NCBI RefSeq assembly: GCF_964194025.1
Contig: NC_134470.1
Location: 65,286,001-65,350,000 of the forward strand
Origin: Convolutriloba macropyga
Taxonomy: Eukaryota
Length of the DNA stretch: 64,000 nt
Reading direction: 5' to 3'
A program made the translations under genes and the position numbers. Positions within the stretch are counted from its first letter, which is position 1; every line of letters starts with the position of its first letter. Shown here in pieces: positions 1-13,929 of this stretch. Below the pieces are notes generated by a model. The model was not told where the DNA came from and did not search any database. It worked only from the letters and a program-made list of their open reading frames with translations.

Positions 1-2731
1 GAATAGACCGAAAGCTCTATGACTGCACAAATGGTATAAATAATTCAACTGTTGAGCAAAAGCTCAGCTCTCCCCCACGAATGCAGTTATGAGAAGAGTT
101 AAATTACTTGCTCTTTGGTTCAGAAAGAACAATAAAATTTTCTAAAATTGCCAATTGACGTTTTAGAAACACACATGAACCTTTTACAAAAAATGGTTCT
201 AGGCAAACCTGCTAAAATTATTTTTGCCAATGCATAACAAAAAATGACTCTGCCTTTAATCGCAAACTTACAGAATTACGCAATTTTTCTGTCCATGTAC
301 TATATGATAACTTACACGTTGCTTGAAACGAAAAACAAACTTTCCAAAAACTGAGATATTCAAAATTCTTACCACTCAACTATTCTAATTAACTTTTGGA
401 ATTAAAGGGTGTGAAAATTATGTTGTTCCTCATATCAATTGGTTACCTGGTGTCTCTAATGTATTCTCTGTATGGTTGCCCGGGCTGTCTCTTAGGAGGT
501 ATTATGATACGTGGAATGAACCCAAACAGAAGACAGTCAGCTAACAACCCAAACAGACAGATCACTTTGGCACCGGTAGCATTCATACTTCTCCTTCTAA
601 TCCTCACAGTACTTGGAAATGATCAGCAGCTTTCATCAATTGGTCCTTAGTTATCACAAATATATCAATTTCATATAAAACAACGAATCAATATAATTCT
701 TATAAAAAACAATAATTATCAGCCGTGTATTTTAACTTGAGGTAAGAACTTGGTTCAGCGTGCGATATTTTGACTACCGTCAAGAAAAGAGAAGCAATCG
801 TAAAAATGTTAGCTTTTCTAGCTTTTGAATCAAAGCGAACAGAAAGTGCAAATTCGAGTCGTGTTTATAGTAAAGCGAACTACAGCCCAATGAAATGAGA
901 TTGTTCCGATGTTTCCTGTCAACAAATGCAAGAAATGTTGCTTTGCAAACACCTGTTGAATGGTGCTTTTCTTTAGAATGGATAGTTTGTTTCGATTCTC
1001 TTCTTTATTTGGCAACAGGTTGCTCTAGTGGTGCCATTGACTACACACGGTCAATTCACTGTTAGTTCTGGATGTAGATAAATTCATGGCTCAAAGCAAA
1101 CATCCAAACTATCTTCAACATTCGGTTCAGACTCTCCGAAGCATGCACCATCGTCATATCAAAACCACCCAACGCAAACTGCTATGCAGAATACAACTGT
1201 AGACTACACTAAAGACGTCAGTATATAACTTGATTACCATAATCACATAGTTAACATCACTGTAATGGTAACAATGTCAAACTGCACTCCTTCAGTCGAG
1301 TATATTCAGACACTAACTCAAACTCAATGCAAAAGCAATGAAGGTCTTTGAGAATAATTTATAAATAGTTGAGAGTAATTACAAAGTATCTTAAGCAAGA
1401 ATGGTACACAGTTGTGGTATCCAACGCCCTAATATGAAGATATAATTGTACCTACCAACTGTGCTAACAATTAATGATGTCGATGGTTATAATCCAACAA
1501 GCATTCATAGGACTGATTAACTGGGCTTGAACAAAACAAATTCAAAGCGCAACAAGTTAAGCAACTTTTGTGGCCAAATCAGATTCTTATCCACTATCGT
1601 TTCAACTCAAATACTTGATCGGATCTATTTGATATGGCTCGCATATAATGTGGTAATCTAATTATGACTGCTGTTTAGTATGTAATTCGAAACGATTCCT
1701 TGGCACGATTGGTTAAATGATGATCAATTCATCGCTTCTCTCACCACTCGCACCCACTACTCTCTCCTCTCTCCTGCTCCCCCCAATTGTGGTCTAATTT
1801 TTCACATTGATCTGAAACCTAATTGGATAACGCCCTCTTGCTCAGCTAAGCAGACAGTCTAATGCCAATCGTGACTGCCGTTACAGTATTGATCAAGTAA
1901 ACACGTTCACAACTTAAACAAATACCTTGACTTCATGAGTTTATTTTAAGGCGACAATTTGTGAATACAAACCTTAATCTCGCTAGTTTCTCACCTTGAG
2001 ATGCAAAATAAGACCAAAAAACAAAAAAACATCTGATTGGTCCGAGTTTCAACAACACAACTATGAATGTCAAAGACTTAAAGCAATTAAGTTGGGGAGT
2101 ATTAATGGCAGAGAAAATTCCTTGTGATAGAAATAGTTAAAAGAAACTAAAAAAACATACATCATTCTTATATACCATTCAGAGATTGCAGATTCACATT
2201 TTCCTGAAATTATCGAGATCATTATAATTTGACATTTGAACGGATATTTTAACTGCTTCGAATAAAAAACTTTTACTGATAACATATTTTACCGAATTAT
2301 TTTTTCAGACAATATATCCTTCCTCTAAAAACTAATTTTTATTAAAAACAACGGTCCACTTCTCTGCTATATCTTATACCTTGATTGGAAAGCATACAAG
2401 ATATACGTTTACAATCAGAATCTTACACAAGCTACTTAGATAGTGAAAGTGAAATAAGTTAAGAATGAAAAGCATTTTACACTAAAAGTTTTCCCAGTCA
2501 ATTGTGTCTTCCCATAGTATTTTTCTCCATTGTTAACAACTGTATGCCCAGTCCGATTAGCAGTAAACATTGGGGTACACAACGATATTTTTTTTGCAAT
2601 TCAATTTTGGGATTCAAAAACACAAAATGAACGGTCTACTCAAGGTCTGCTTCGAATTGCGGTTAGTAACATAGTCCATGGTTAGTAACATAGTCCATGG
2701 AGCATCAAAATTGACTCTTGTCAGACGTTTT

Positions 2732-3866
2732 TGTTCCGATCCACTTTAGTGGGGGAAGAACTATATTCAACTGGCGTTTTTTTAAGTAAATTTTCGCCGA
2801 TCGAAATATTCATCGTACAGGATTGTGAGTGGTATCATTAGAAAGCTTGTCAAGCGTAGAAGTTTATATTAAAAAGATTTCGAAGTTCGCTTGAAAGTTT
2901 GATCAATTTTTGTTAAAGTAAGAGAAAAATGTCAACGATAGTCTAATTTTTTTTACGTTCAAAGTCAGAAAATAGTTGAGGAACTATTTGAATTAACTAT
3001 TTTGGCAAATTTTTTGCTAAATTTTTGAGCATTTAACAGCTTTTTCATTTAAAAAAATGGTATCAAATATCAAATGCCTATTTAGCCCACGTTGTCCATT
3101 TTCATCATAGATGAAGACATAAAAACTGCAGGCAAAATCTTCCCTTACTTAGATATGGGCTAATTACACCTCCGCTTTCTCAGAAAGTTTTCTGCAAAAA
3201 ATATTTTTGCGGTCTTTTGCTAATTTAAACCGATATTTATTTAAAAAACGCATAGTTTCTTTTTGATATATTAAGATTTTTGTTTGCCAAAAAAAACTAT
3301 TACGCAATATTTTAGAACAATTGCGTTTTTAATTGCGTTTGTCATGGCGTTACAATAAGGCTCAATGGACTACATTCAATATTTTGGTGAATAGATTTGA
3401 ATCTTAAATAAATTCGACAACGTTTCCTCACAAAAATGGAATGAATTTTTGATTTCGTCTATTTGTTCTTTTTGTTGTCGAATGAGATTCTGGATAATGG
3501 CAGGTCTCAATGGAAATTCTTGTGAAATTTAGGTCAATCCATGCAGTTTTACTTCACTTCTTATCTGATGCCATTTTGATTCTTTCATCAAGTTTTTTTA
3601 AAAAACGGATAGACATTGAGTTTTGGTCGTAAGTAATGCATGCTGTATTTATTTGATTTTGTTGTTTGTGTTGTCCCTTAAGCTCTTTAATGGCAGTTAT
3701 CAGCGACCCTCTAATGAGTTATTGTTTCATTTGTACAGTGGTCAGAGCGGAAGCAATTTTTTAAATGGATAAACAAATATTTTTGAACAAAATGTGATTT
3801 TTTGAAAGTTTTCTATCTGTTCATTTGATGGACAAGTCAAAAACGTGGTTGAGCGGGGTCGGAACA
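2732..3866 (+). mobile_element. Non-autonomous element, family B (11-12 bp sub-terminal inverted repeats TGTTCCGACCC; Helentron/HINE-like or MITE)
   Basis: Starts after a T-run with tgttccgatccactttagtggggg and ends ggttgagcggggtcggaaca; the same ends occur at 10341-12418 and, inverted, at 39136-41934. Confidence 0.65.
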
Positions 3867-4551
3867 GTTGCAAACACACATTACCAAGCCTAAAATTTAA
3901 ATAGCGATAATTATTTGAACCATATCCAAGCTTCCTTGAAATGCAGCTTATACTTACTATAAATTATGTTCTTTCTCATTAGCTTTTTTAAAACTTCGGT
4001 CAACAAAACCTATCATATTTAACGTTAAAAATTTTTGAATGGCTTAATTTTTTTTCTCGATTTTTAGTCTTTCTTTCAAAATATTTTTCGTTCACCAGTA
4101 TTATTGATTGCTCAGATTATGAAATTTTTAACTTCAATAGCGTTTCGAAAGACATGATAACGGAATCACATATACTTTTATGTTTGCGGGTTGATTGTTT
4201 TATGTTCAGAAAAGAGGTATTAAATGTATCTCAAAAACTTGAAAAGATGGCGACTCAAAACACGTGCACTCGTGACGGCATTTTTAAGAGAACTGCCAGA
4301 TTCTGCTATAATAGAACCTTCATTCTCAGCATCCTGGCTGTTGAATTTTGCAGCGTTTAGTGAATTAACATGACTCTTTTTGGCTAACTGCAAACTTTGT
4401 TTTAGCCGTTTTAACAAAGCTCTCCTGGCATTCACGCTAATTGAGACCCCGAAACGGTATATTCTTATCTGAAGTAATGGCCGGGCAACGCATAGATCCC
4501 CGTAAGTATACCAAAATTGGAGATATAATCGGAAACTCATACCATGATTAG

Positions 4552-6637
4552 CTCTTTCTTTGGTCTTGAAGGTTTGTTGATCAGAGGGGCCAAACGTTAT
4601 CTGCTGACACACATTAACGAATATCTTTGTTTCTTTGAGAGGTTACAAAAATAGCAAAATTAATATTATTACAAGGACTAACATAGAAAACTTTTATCTT
4701 ATGAAAAAATGATGAAAACTTAAGTCATAAGAGCGTCGCCAGAAACAGTAGTCAGAACGAGGATAATTGATAATGAGATATACTACCAAAAATGAGTTTC
4801 TACAAACTAAAGATATCAGCTTCTCTTTGATTCAACAGATGTCATCGCCTTGGTTAGAAGACGTTGAGCCCAGAGTAACAAACCACCAAACGTTTCCTAA
4901 GTATGAATGATAGCAACAATAGCTTCCATTGACCTATAGCCTCAAAAAATAATACAAACAAGTATTAAAAAATAAAGAAAAACGAACCGACTGACGCCGG
5001 AAAAATTGGTCTTTAATGCCAGGCGGGGGGTAAATTTTTCCCCCCGCCTGGAAGGTAGGGTTCGAACTTTATTTCGGAGTGAGAGCAATTGAAATTACTC
5101 AAAAATGAAGTGCGTGAAAAATTCACTTGAAAAATCAAAGATTATTCTAGAAAAGCACAAAAACGGTCGAGAAAAAATGCATAACAAAGACACACACGTT
5201 TACAATAATTGCTTCTCATTTGAGAACAATTCAAAACTATTCTTCTACTAATTGTTGGGATCTTTAATTAATTTGTATGAACCGTACAGCTACCTTAGAA
5301 TAACTTTCAATTCGATTGATAAATAATTCATTGACCTTAACTCCTCCAATAAAAGTTAGCGAAAACGATTGAGAACGAAACAGTTGCTACAAACAAGATC
5401 GAGTCTTTGAAAACTCCCGCAAAATTGTCTATGATGAAAAATGGAAAAACACACGTAATAGTAACAACGTTTTGATTCGGTAGTTAAGCCATGATTTAAT
5501 AAAAGCTATAGTTACTCAATTTCTCCAACCAACAATTACTCAATTTCTCTTTCTTTGGTCTTGAAGGTTTGTTGATCAGAGGGGCCAAACGTTATCTGCT
5601 GACACACATTAACGAATATCTTTGTTTCTTTGAGAGGTTACAAAAATAGCAAAATTGATTTTATTACAAGGACTAACATAGAAAACTTTTATCTTATGAA
5701 AAAATGATGAAAACTTAAGTCATAAGAGCGTCGCCAGAAACAGTAGTCAGAACGAGGATAATTGATAATGAGATATACTACCAAAAATGAGTTTCTACAA
5801 ACTAAAGATATCAGCTTCTCTTTGATTCAACAGATGTCATCGCCTTGGTTAGAAGACGTTGAGCCCAGAGTAACAAACAACCAAACGTTTCCTAAGTATG
5901 AATGATAGCAACAATAGCTTCCATTGACCTATAGCCTCAAAAAATAATACAAACAAGTCTTAAAAAATAAAGAAAAACGAACCGACTGACGCCGGAAAAA
6001 TTGGTCTTTAATGCCAGGCGGGGGGTAAATTTTTCCCCCCGCCTGGAAGGTAGGGTTCGAACTTTATTTCGGAGTGAGAGCAATTGAAATCACTCAAAAA
6101 TGAAGTGCGTGAAAAATTCACTTGAAAATCAAAGATTATTCTAGAAAAGCACAAAAACGGTCGATAAAAAATGCATAACAAAGACACACACGTTTACAAT
6201 AATTGCTTCTCATTTGAGAACAATTCAAAACTATTCTTCTACTAATTGTTGGGATCTTTAATTAATTTGTATGAACCGTACAGCTACCTTAGAATAACTT
6301 TCAATTCGATTGATATATAATTCATTGACCTTAACTCCTCCAATAAAAGTTAGCGAAAACAATTGAGAACGTAACAGTTGCTACAAACAAGATCGAGTCT
6401 TTGAAAACTCCCGCAAAATTGTCTATGATGAAAAATGGAAAAACACACGTGATAGTAACAACGTTTTGATTCGGTAGTTAAGCCATGATTTAATAAAAGT
6501 TATAGTTACTCAATTTCTCCAACCAACAATTACTCAATTTCTCTTTCTTTGGTCTTGAAGGTTTGTTGATCAGAGGGGCCAAACGTTATCTGCTGACACA
6601 CATTAACGAATATCTTTGTTTCTTTGAGAGGTTACAA
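4552..6637. repeat. Near-identical tandem duplication, ~995-bp unit, 2.1 copies
   Basis: ctctttctttggtcttgaagg recurs at 4552, 5547 and 6541; the units differ by only a few SNPs/indels and each contains a family A element. Confidence 0.9.
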
Positions 6638-7529
6638 CAGTCATTTTGAGAGTGAAGTTAACCACAATTAAAAAAAACTGACCAAACAACAAACCTAGAC
6701 AAAAAACGGAAAAAAACAAATTGTACAAAAACCATTAGAACCGAAGAACCCAAAAACAATAGCTAAAAAACAAACTCAACTCGATTTTGTTAACGCAAAC
6801 AGATTGGAAACTGGCGAATCTCCCAACAAAAATAGTAACCAGTTTTTCGTCCATTGTACGTTTATTACGTATATCAAAACAAATTGTTGCTTAAATTTTC
6901 CAGCCACTTAATTTCTTAGCTAATAATGGCTTGAAAGCCACAGTGTATACCGCAATAAAAAACTTGAGCAAAGGAAACATTAAAAAAAAGAGAGAAGATC
7001 AATAACAGCTCCTCTCAGCTAACGCAGCTTGTATTAAAAGCAAACTAAATAAAACAAAAATCAGTATTTTAATCGGAATCAAAACAATACTTATATCAAA
7101 ACTCCAAACCAATAAATTAATATTTATTCAGAAATATATCTGAACTAGTTAAGAAGCAGTAGATTCAGGTCTACATTTTTTGCTCTTTCAAAAAAGCGTT
7201 ATGAAAAGAATTACTCGTTCCGCTCAGGTCTTCAATTGTGCTCAGCAGTTTCATCTAAACACTTTTCACGTGCAGCATTTCCTCTTGCGCACACTCCAAC
7301 AAAATCATAGATCAAATAAAAGACGCTCCACCAATAATCATTGAGATTGAAACTAATATGGCCCTAATATAGTCGAAATTCTGAATTGTACAAACCAAAG
7401 CAGGCCAATAATATCTCTACTCAGCTTTTGCTATCGCAGCTATAAAACAACAAATCAGAGCTTAAAAAATTTCAAAATTTAATCTGAAACGTATTTATTG
7501 ACTATATAGATAAGAAGCGTATTAATAAT

Positions 7530-9562
7530 CTACAGCAATGAAGTACAGAGTCCAATTTCTGTTCTTGTATCTTCTTCTGAATCGAAAGAATCACTACCGC
7601 CCTGGTTGCTACGCGAAGCCGTGGTCGAGTTAGAAATCCGGTTTCCGCTCTCCAAATTCAACTCTGTTGGTCTTATGGACTCCTGTGTGGGCAACTGCGG
7701 CGGTGCTTCAAGGGGCGATGATGGCTCATTAAATGCCAAGCTTCTCTGTGCTCTTAATGTCGCAGGGTTACTCTGGCTACCACTTGGCATCACAGACTGG
7801 TTCTCGATTTTGCGATCACTTGTGACTAAAGGCGATAGGGGTTTCTTGCGTCTCAATGCAACTGGACTTGCGTTGTATTGGCTCAGAATCCTTTGGTGGC
7901 TTTCAGGAATTAGCCTTGTAGACAAAACTTCAGTTCCACTGTCCGCTTTCTTGGCTGATTTTGAGGACGTCTTCCGGCTGCTTCCAACTGATGAACTGCG
8001 ATGCGAAAGAACAGGAGACCCAGGAAAACTCCTCGAAACAGTACTTGGAGCAGTTGGTGCGTTTATATGTGGGTTCCTTGCAACTGGTACCTGAAGCGGG
8101 TAGACCGGACTGAAAGTATTACTACTAGAGGGTGATCCTGCCATTCCTCCAGTTGGATCCAAATTTCCCAGAGCTCTGGCTCGAATGGGGTGCGGGGCAA
8201 AGTGCTTTCGCTTCGGGGTTGGTTGAGGTAGATAATTGACCCAGGTTGCTACCCGGATAGTCTTAGCACAGTCTGGACAGTTAACTAATTGGTGATCTGG
8301 GTTTTTGATCTGTGGCGATTGAGGTGTATACGAATCAGGGTTCGACACTTCAGCTCGAACTAGAGCGTGTTTCCCACTTCGAGTCTTGGCAACGTCCAGA
8401 GATGATTTAAGTTGCTTCATCGCAATTCCGCCCCTATCGGGGGAATTGGTTCCACCCAAATGAACTATTTGCATGTCTTTGAAATTCATCGACGGCGATG
8501 GCGAATAAAAAGTTTCCACCATTCCATCACTGCTTTGATTGGACACCAATACAGTGACTTTTGGCTTCGTAGTTTTGTTCAAGAAACTTGGACTTGCAGG
8601 TTGCATAATTTCCTTTATAGACGTGAACAAATTAAGGGGTTTCTTTAAAGGTAACAGAACATGCAAAGCATAGAAGAGAAATATATAGTCGAGAAATCTC
8701 AACACAAGCAAAACAATGTCTGGCCACGCTACAATTGCAGGCAACGAATCCGGACATGGTTTTGAACCCAAATTTAAAAGTCGACATTTCCAGATTTCTT
8801 CGAAGAAAAAGTTCATGAAGGAATTTTGAAAAGATCTTGAATTGTGAAAGCAGTAAAGCCGAATTGCATTTGAAATGCAGATGAAAGTTGACATAATAAC
8901 AAATGATAATTTAAAAGCGTGATGTCTGATCGAATCGGTCAGAAGCATGAAAGAAACTGCAAGTTGCAAAATGAAAACAGCCGCCGGCTCGAAAGCAAAT
9001 AGAAACGGATGATTAATCACAATTGATGGGGTTCGTGATATAAAATTTGGGATAATTTCGCCCAAACAGGCTAAGCCCAATGCGAGTGAAAAGGCGAACA
9101 TAATCGCAACAAAGTTTATAGTTTTGACCTTCTTAGGCGAGGCAATAGTCTGGTACTGTTTATCACCAAACGCAACGCATTTTGCCATTGGGAAGTACTT
9201 GAGGCGCAAAACTAACCAAAACCATTCTATGGTTACCAAAAAGGACATAGAAAACGCAATGGTCGCCGAGAAGGCAAACTTCATGCTCCATTCAGGATGT
9301 AACTTCATCTCTAGTAAATTTGAGCTCTTTTCACAAAAATTAGAAAAATTGTGAACAAACGGCATCAACGAAACGCATAGCGTAACTAAAGCATCAACCA
9401 ATAAGAGCAATTTGAGAAACTTGAACTCGGTAACTCCCGATTTCTGAGGGCTGAAGTGTAGAAATAGCAAGACACATAGTTGGACCAGAAAGGAGGAGAG
9501 GACAATCGCAGGCGTGAACGAAGAGAATGGCTCCAGTTGATCACAGGGCATTCCACAATAAT
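7530..9562 (-). CDS. SMO: Smoothened-like class F receptor, last exon (7TM domain plus long Ser/Pro-rich tail)
   Basis: The 673-aa ORF extends upstream to acceptor catcag|at, giving YCGMPC (cf. Smo GCGIQC). Multiple hydrophobic helices; TM3 EWFWLVL (cf. VWFVVL); ECL3 YCFHNSRSFQNSFMNF..C (cf. YDFFNQAEWERSFRDY..C). Confidence 0.7.
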
Positions 9563-9874
9563 CTGATGTTAAATTATAGTGATGAATAGCAAAAACTTTA
9601 ATAAAAGAACATCTTAAAAACGATTACCAATAAATAGCCTCAAGCATTTCTACGGTTAATCTCGAACTATTTGATATTTAAAAAAATCGAGTTTCAGCAC
9701 TTTGTGAACTAAGCGACCAATGAGATTTCAATTATCGGAAAGCATAATAATTGATTTTCAGATATAGATCTTTTACAGTTTTTTAAATCGGATTCTTTTA
9801 AGCGTTAATTTTTCCGTTAAAACTAAAGAGTGATATTAATTTTCAGTGCTTTGATGTTATGAACTATTCATCAC

Positions 9875-10051
9875 TAGTTTGAGGCAGCCACAGATCTTCG
9901 TTTGAGGTAACGTGCGAGGGAGACAGACATTGATAGCTATCAAGTTTGGATCGAGCACCAACTGCTCCTCCTTTGTCACTGTTCCCACTCGGAATCACAT
10001 TGGAGTGACACGTGTATATGCTGTATATATCACTCTCACAGTTCACAAAGT
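9875..10051 (-). CDS. SMO: Smoothened-like receptor, middle exon (end of CRD and linker)
   Basis: Acceptor tttgtttag, donor GTGATG, phase 1 at both ends; encodes FVNCESDIY...YQCLSPSHVTSNEDLWLPQT (cf. Smo FLRC...GQCEVPLVRTDNPKSWYED). Confidence 0.65.
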
Positions 10052-10340
10052 CTAAACAAAACAGCTCTTAGTCTATTTTTAATCAATTTTCCATCTTCTG
10101 CTGAATTTATGTTGAAGCTATTTTCTTGAAAGAAAGAACAAAAGGATAAATAGTACAAAAAGCATCAACAATGATACAAAACCATTTATACGAAAGAGAT
10201 CATTTATAGCAAACTTTTTTCTTAAAAAAATATGATAGGAGGTTCATGTCTCACAGAGAGGATCATGTGAACCTATCAGCGCAACAATTTTGGAGGTAAA
10301 TATAATTTAGATTTAAAAACACCTTGCCTGATACTTTGTT

Positions 10341-12418
10341 TGTTCCGACCCACTTTAGTGGGGGAGGAACCATATGTTAAACTGGGTTTTTTTTCCGGTC
10401 AACTTTCCCCGATCGATATATTCATCGTGCCGAATTAGAAAGCTCGTCAAGCGCAGAATTTCATATAAAAAAGATCTTTTTGGATGTCACTTTTTCCGAA
10501 GACTAAGTTTTGTGAACGTATCCTTAACTTCCTTTGTTTTTACGTAAACTTTTTTCGCAAACTTTGCTTAAATTTTAATCATCTTCTGACAAAAACATGA
10601 CAAAATTGTTTAAGATAGTATCATTGATTTTACGTTTAAAAATAAAGAGTTGATAAATTGTCTTAACCAATTGCTTTCGCCAAAAAGTTGGCTAAAATTT
10701 TGAAAAATTAGAAATTTTTCCCTTTTTCGTTAAAAATGGCATAAAATATGCTTTGTTTGGCCCACATTATCCAGTTTGAACGTAGTGGAGAAACAAAACG
10801 CTGACACAATTTTGTTAACTCAGATAATGCTATTTTGACCACCGATTCCTAATAAAGTTCTGGAAGTAACATTTTAGTGGTCCTCCGCTAAATTAAATCG
10901 AGATTTAAAAAAACACATAATTAATTTTGAAACTCACGGAAATTGAAGTTCATTTATTACAGAATTCATTTCATTCATCAAAATTTGGATTCCTCTAAAA
11001 ATGTTTTGCGGCTGAATTTTCAAGGAGTCAATCCTATCAAAATTTCTTGCGGATAGGTGGATTTTCGAAAAATTAGATTCAGCTTATAATTTTCATTAAT
11101 TCATTTTTTTTCATTTGATCATTGATTTAGTTATTTTTCTTTACCAAGAAACACTAATACAAATTTTTAAGGAACACTTGCGTTTTCTAACACCCGAGCA
11201 GCGATACAAAGGCCAACTTTTCCAATACAAAAGGATTCGGATTATTTTGGTCTGTTCTTTTAAAAAAATCTTTCATGCATTTCGGTGATTCCAATGACAG
11301 GCAGGTCTGTTTTCATTTCAATCTACAACTAAAAGGATGATCCAATGAATAATTATTGTTTTCTGAAAAAAGTTCATTGTTTTTGTTGTTCTGAAAAAAA
11401 ATAATTTCGTAAATTTTGCAAATTTTTCAGTTTGGCTAGCATTTGATGTTCTTTTTGAATTCTTACGACTGAGATTAATTCATCAAATGTCTACTTCGGT
11501 AAATCGGTATCTAAGGAGCTGGCAAAGAACCTATCTGCTGCTTTCAATTGATATATATCGGTTTTTCGATAATTTATCTCGATAAGTATCCAATATTCAT
11601 CATTTATTTTTGATCTACTGATCTTTTGGTCGAAATAGCTATTTCCGTAACGATTGGAAATTAGTTTTAATCAACAAGCAGCAATAACAAGACCAGTATT
11701 GGTCTAGTAGTGGGATTTACAATTCAAAATATATTCGGATTACAACGGTCGCCGTGCTTTTGTTAAAAGATTATAGATTTATTTTTTGTTAGTTAGACAA
11801 GAACAATTTCCAATCACAGCTCCCCTATCAAGACGTCAAATTTACGTGCACATGAAGGCCAATAAACCTATAAGATCATTTCGAAGTCTTTTAAAACTTG
11901 AATACCTTTGCGAAAATTTGTTTGTGAAATTTTGAGTTCTGCCTGTATCCTATGTTATTCTGCAGTCTTTTGACTTAGACCGACTAAACAACATGTCCAA
12001 TTGGCTTTCTAGGCTGTAACAAGTATATCTATTTACTATTTTTAAGTAGAAAACTCATGGTTGTTATGACTGATGGTTTTAAAATTTGTTTTAATGATAT
12101 TTTTGATATTTGCCATTTTTAATGTTGTTTCTGCCGCCTTTTTAGCGTAATCTCAGCAATGAGACAGACTGCATTTTTTTGGTCTGCTTGTTAATTATTC
12201 TTAATAAAGATTAGTTCCATATTTTTTCTGGTGAAATGCAAGTTTAGAAATGCAGGGTTAGTTTAGTTTTTATCTGCTGCTATTTTGACTTTCTCATTAT
12301 TTTTTATTTAAAAAAGTAGATAGACATTGAGTTTCGGACTTAAATAATTCTTGTTATTTTTAAGTAAAAGTTTTTTTAAGTAAGTTTAAGTAAAAAAAGG
12401 TTGAGCGGGGTCGGAACA
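10341..12418 (+). mobile_element. Non-autonomous element, family B, ~2.1-kb copy
   Basis: tgttccgacccactttagtggggg ... ggttgagcggggtcggaaca followed by a short imperfect hairpin (atgcacaaacgcat); 5' region similar to 2732-3200. Confidence 0.65.
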
Positions 12419-12806
12419 TTATGCACAAACGCATATTAGCCAGCCTCCTTGTTATCAATATATTAATCGATAGATATTGTAGACAGCAAGGTTTCAAAAG
12501 AAGTGCTGTTCAATTACCTCCAAATTTCAGTTGATTCGCAGACACTAGAACATAAAACTGCATCGTAATTTATTTCTCAGTTATATCAATGCTCCCTTAA
12601 TCCGTTTTTTAAAATCCGATCCAACATATTTTGCGTGTCAGGTTTCAATCCTTGTTAACATTCGAAGAAATTTGAGGTCTACTCGTTTCCCAAAAACGAT
12701 TCATATTTTATTGAGAAACAAGCAAACAACAACACTGCATTTCTCGAGAATACAGCGATTCCTTAAAAATTCCTTTGGTTAATTCCAGATCACAATAGGT
12801 GAAGCA

Positions 12807-13183
12807 AAAAAATATCCAATTTCTTTCAGACTGTAAAGGAACTGTTTTTCCTTGCAAAACTTTCCTTTTGTATATCAACTAACAAAATCATGGTTCTGAT
12901 TGAAGTTCTGAGAAAGGGACAAAATGCAAAATTCGAATTTAGAGAACAAAGAACTGAATGTTCAATTCATGAATAATGTGCTCCAGCTCAATAAATATAA
13001 TAAAAAATATCCAATTTCTTTCAGACTGTAAAGGAACTGTTTTTCCTTGCAAAACTTTCCTTTTGTATATCAACTAACAAAATCATGGTTCTGATTGAAG
13101 TTCTGAGAAAGGGACAAAATGCAAAATTCGAATTTAGAGAACAAAGAACTGAATGTTCAATTCATGAATAATGTGCTCCAGCT
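12807..13183. repeat. Tandem duplication, ~195-bp unit, 2 copies
   Basis: aaaaaatatccaatttctttcagactgtaaagg...gtgctccagct appears twice, essentially identical. Confidence 0.9.
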
Positions 13184-13929
13184 AACTTGTATAAAAGCAA
13201 AAATCGTTTCCGAGTAGAAAAACCAATACACGCCTTCGAGTCACAAAAAGACAAGCGTGACTATAATTATAGCAACTAGCTTTGTTTAAGAGTAATTAAC
13301 TATTGCAGAAAAAATAATTCCTAATATTCGATCAAAAACATCATGGGTCAACATCCGTGTATCTGAAACCAAAATTGGGGTTAACAAATAAAGGCTTTAT
13401 AGGATTAAATTTCCTGGTTAAAAGAAATTTGACAAGCTGAGATTGATTTTTCTGCGTTTAGTCAACTAATTGACTTTTCATGTAATCACTCGTTTTATCA
13501 AAACTTTATCACATGAATGAAATTGGTTAAGATTAACAAAAAAATTCAAAATACGCAGCCTAAAAATTTTATCCATAAACGATTATCAGTTGTTTTTGTC
13601 TTATCGCAATTCAACAATCATTACACTTAAAGTTTAAACCAAGCATTAAGAAACACGCGGATGAAGGATTTCGCAAAGACGAATAATTGCCTTTCCATTC
13701 GAAAATATCTGACGATTTTATTTTTTAGGCACAGTTCTGATGCTATATTACAGCCACAAGTTTTAAAATGATAAGAGTAAATAGATATTCAATACAACAT
13801 CTTCCATGCATTTTTCCAATTCAATGAATTTTTTCAAATTGTTTAATGTCTCAAATTAGATGACTTTTTTTGTTCTTTTGTAACCTTCAACCTCAAATGA
13901 CAAAACTCCTCATTAAAAACAGCACTTAC

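Noticed and set aside
830-1080. Possible Penelope GIY-YIG remnant (also ~14600-14760)
   Set aside because: Only faint peptide resemblance with stops; not supportable without a search
7606-9354. Plus-strand ORFs 7606-8094, 8412-8648 and 9124-9354
   Set aside because: Antisense shadows of the Smoothened-like exon
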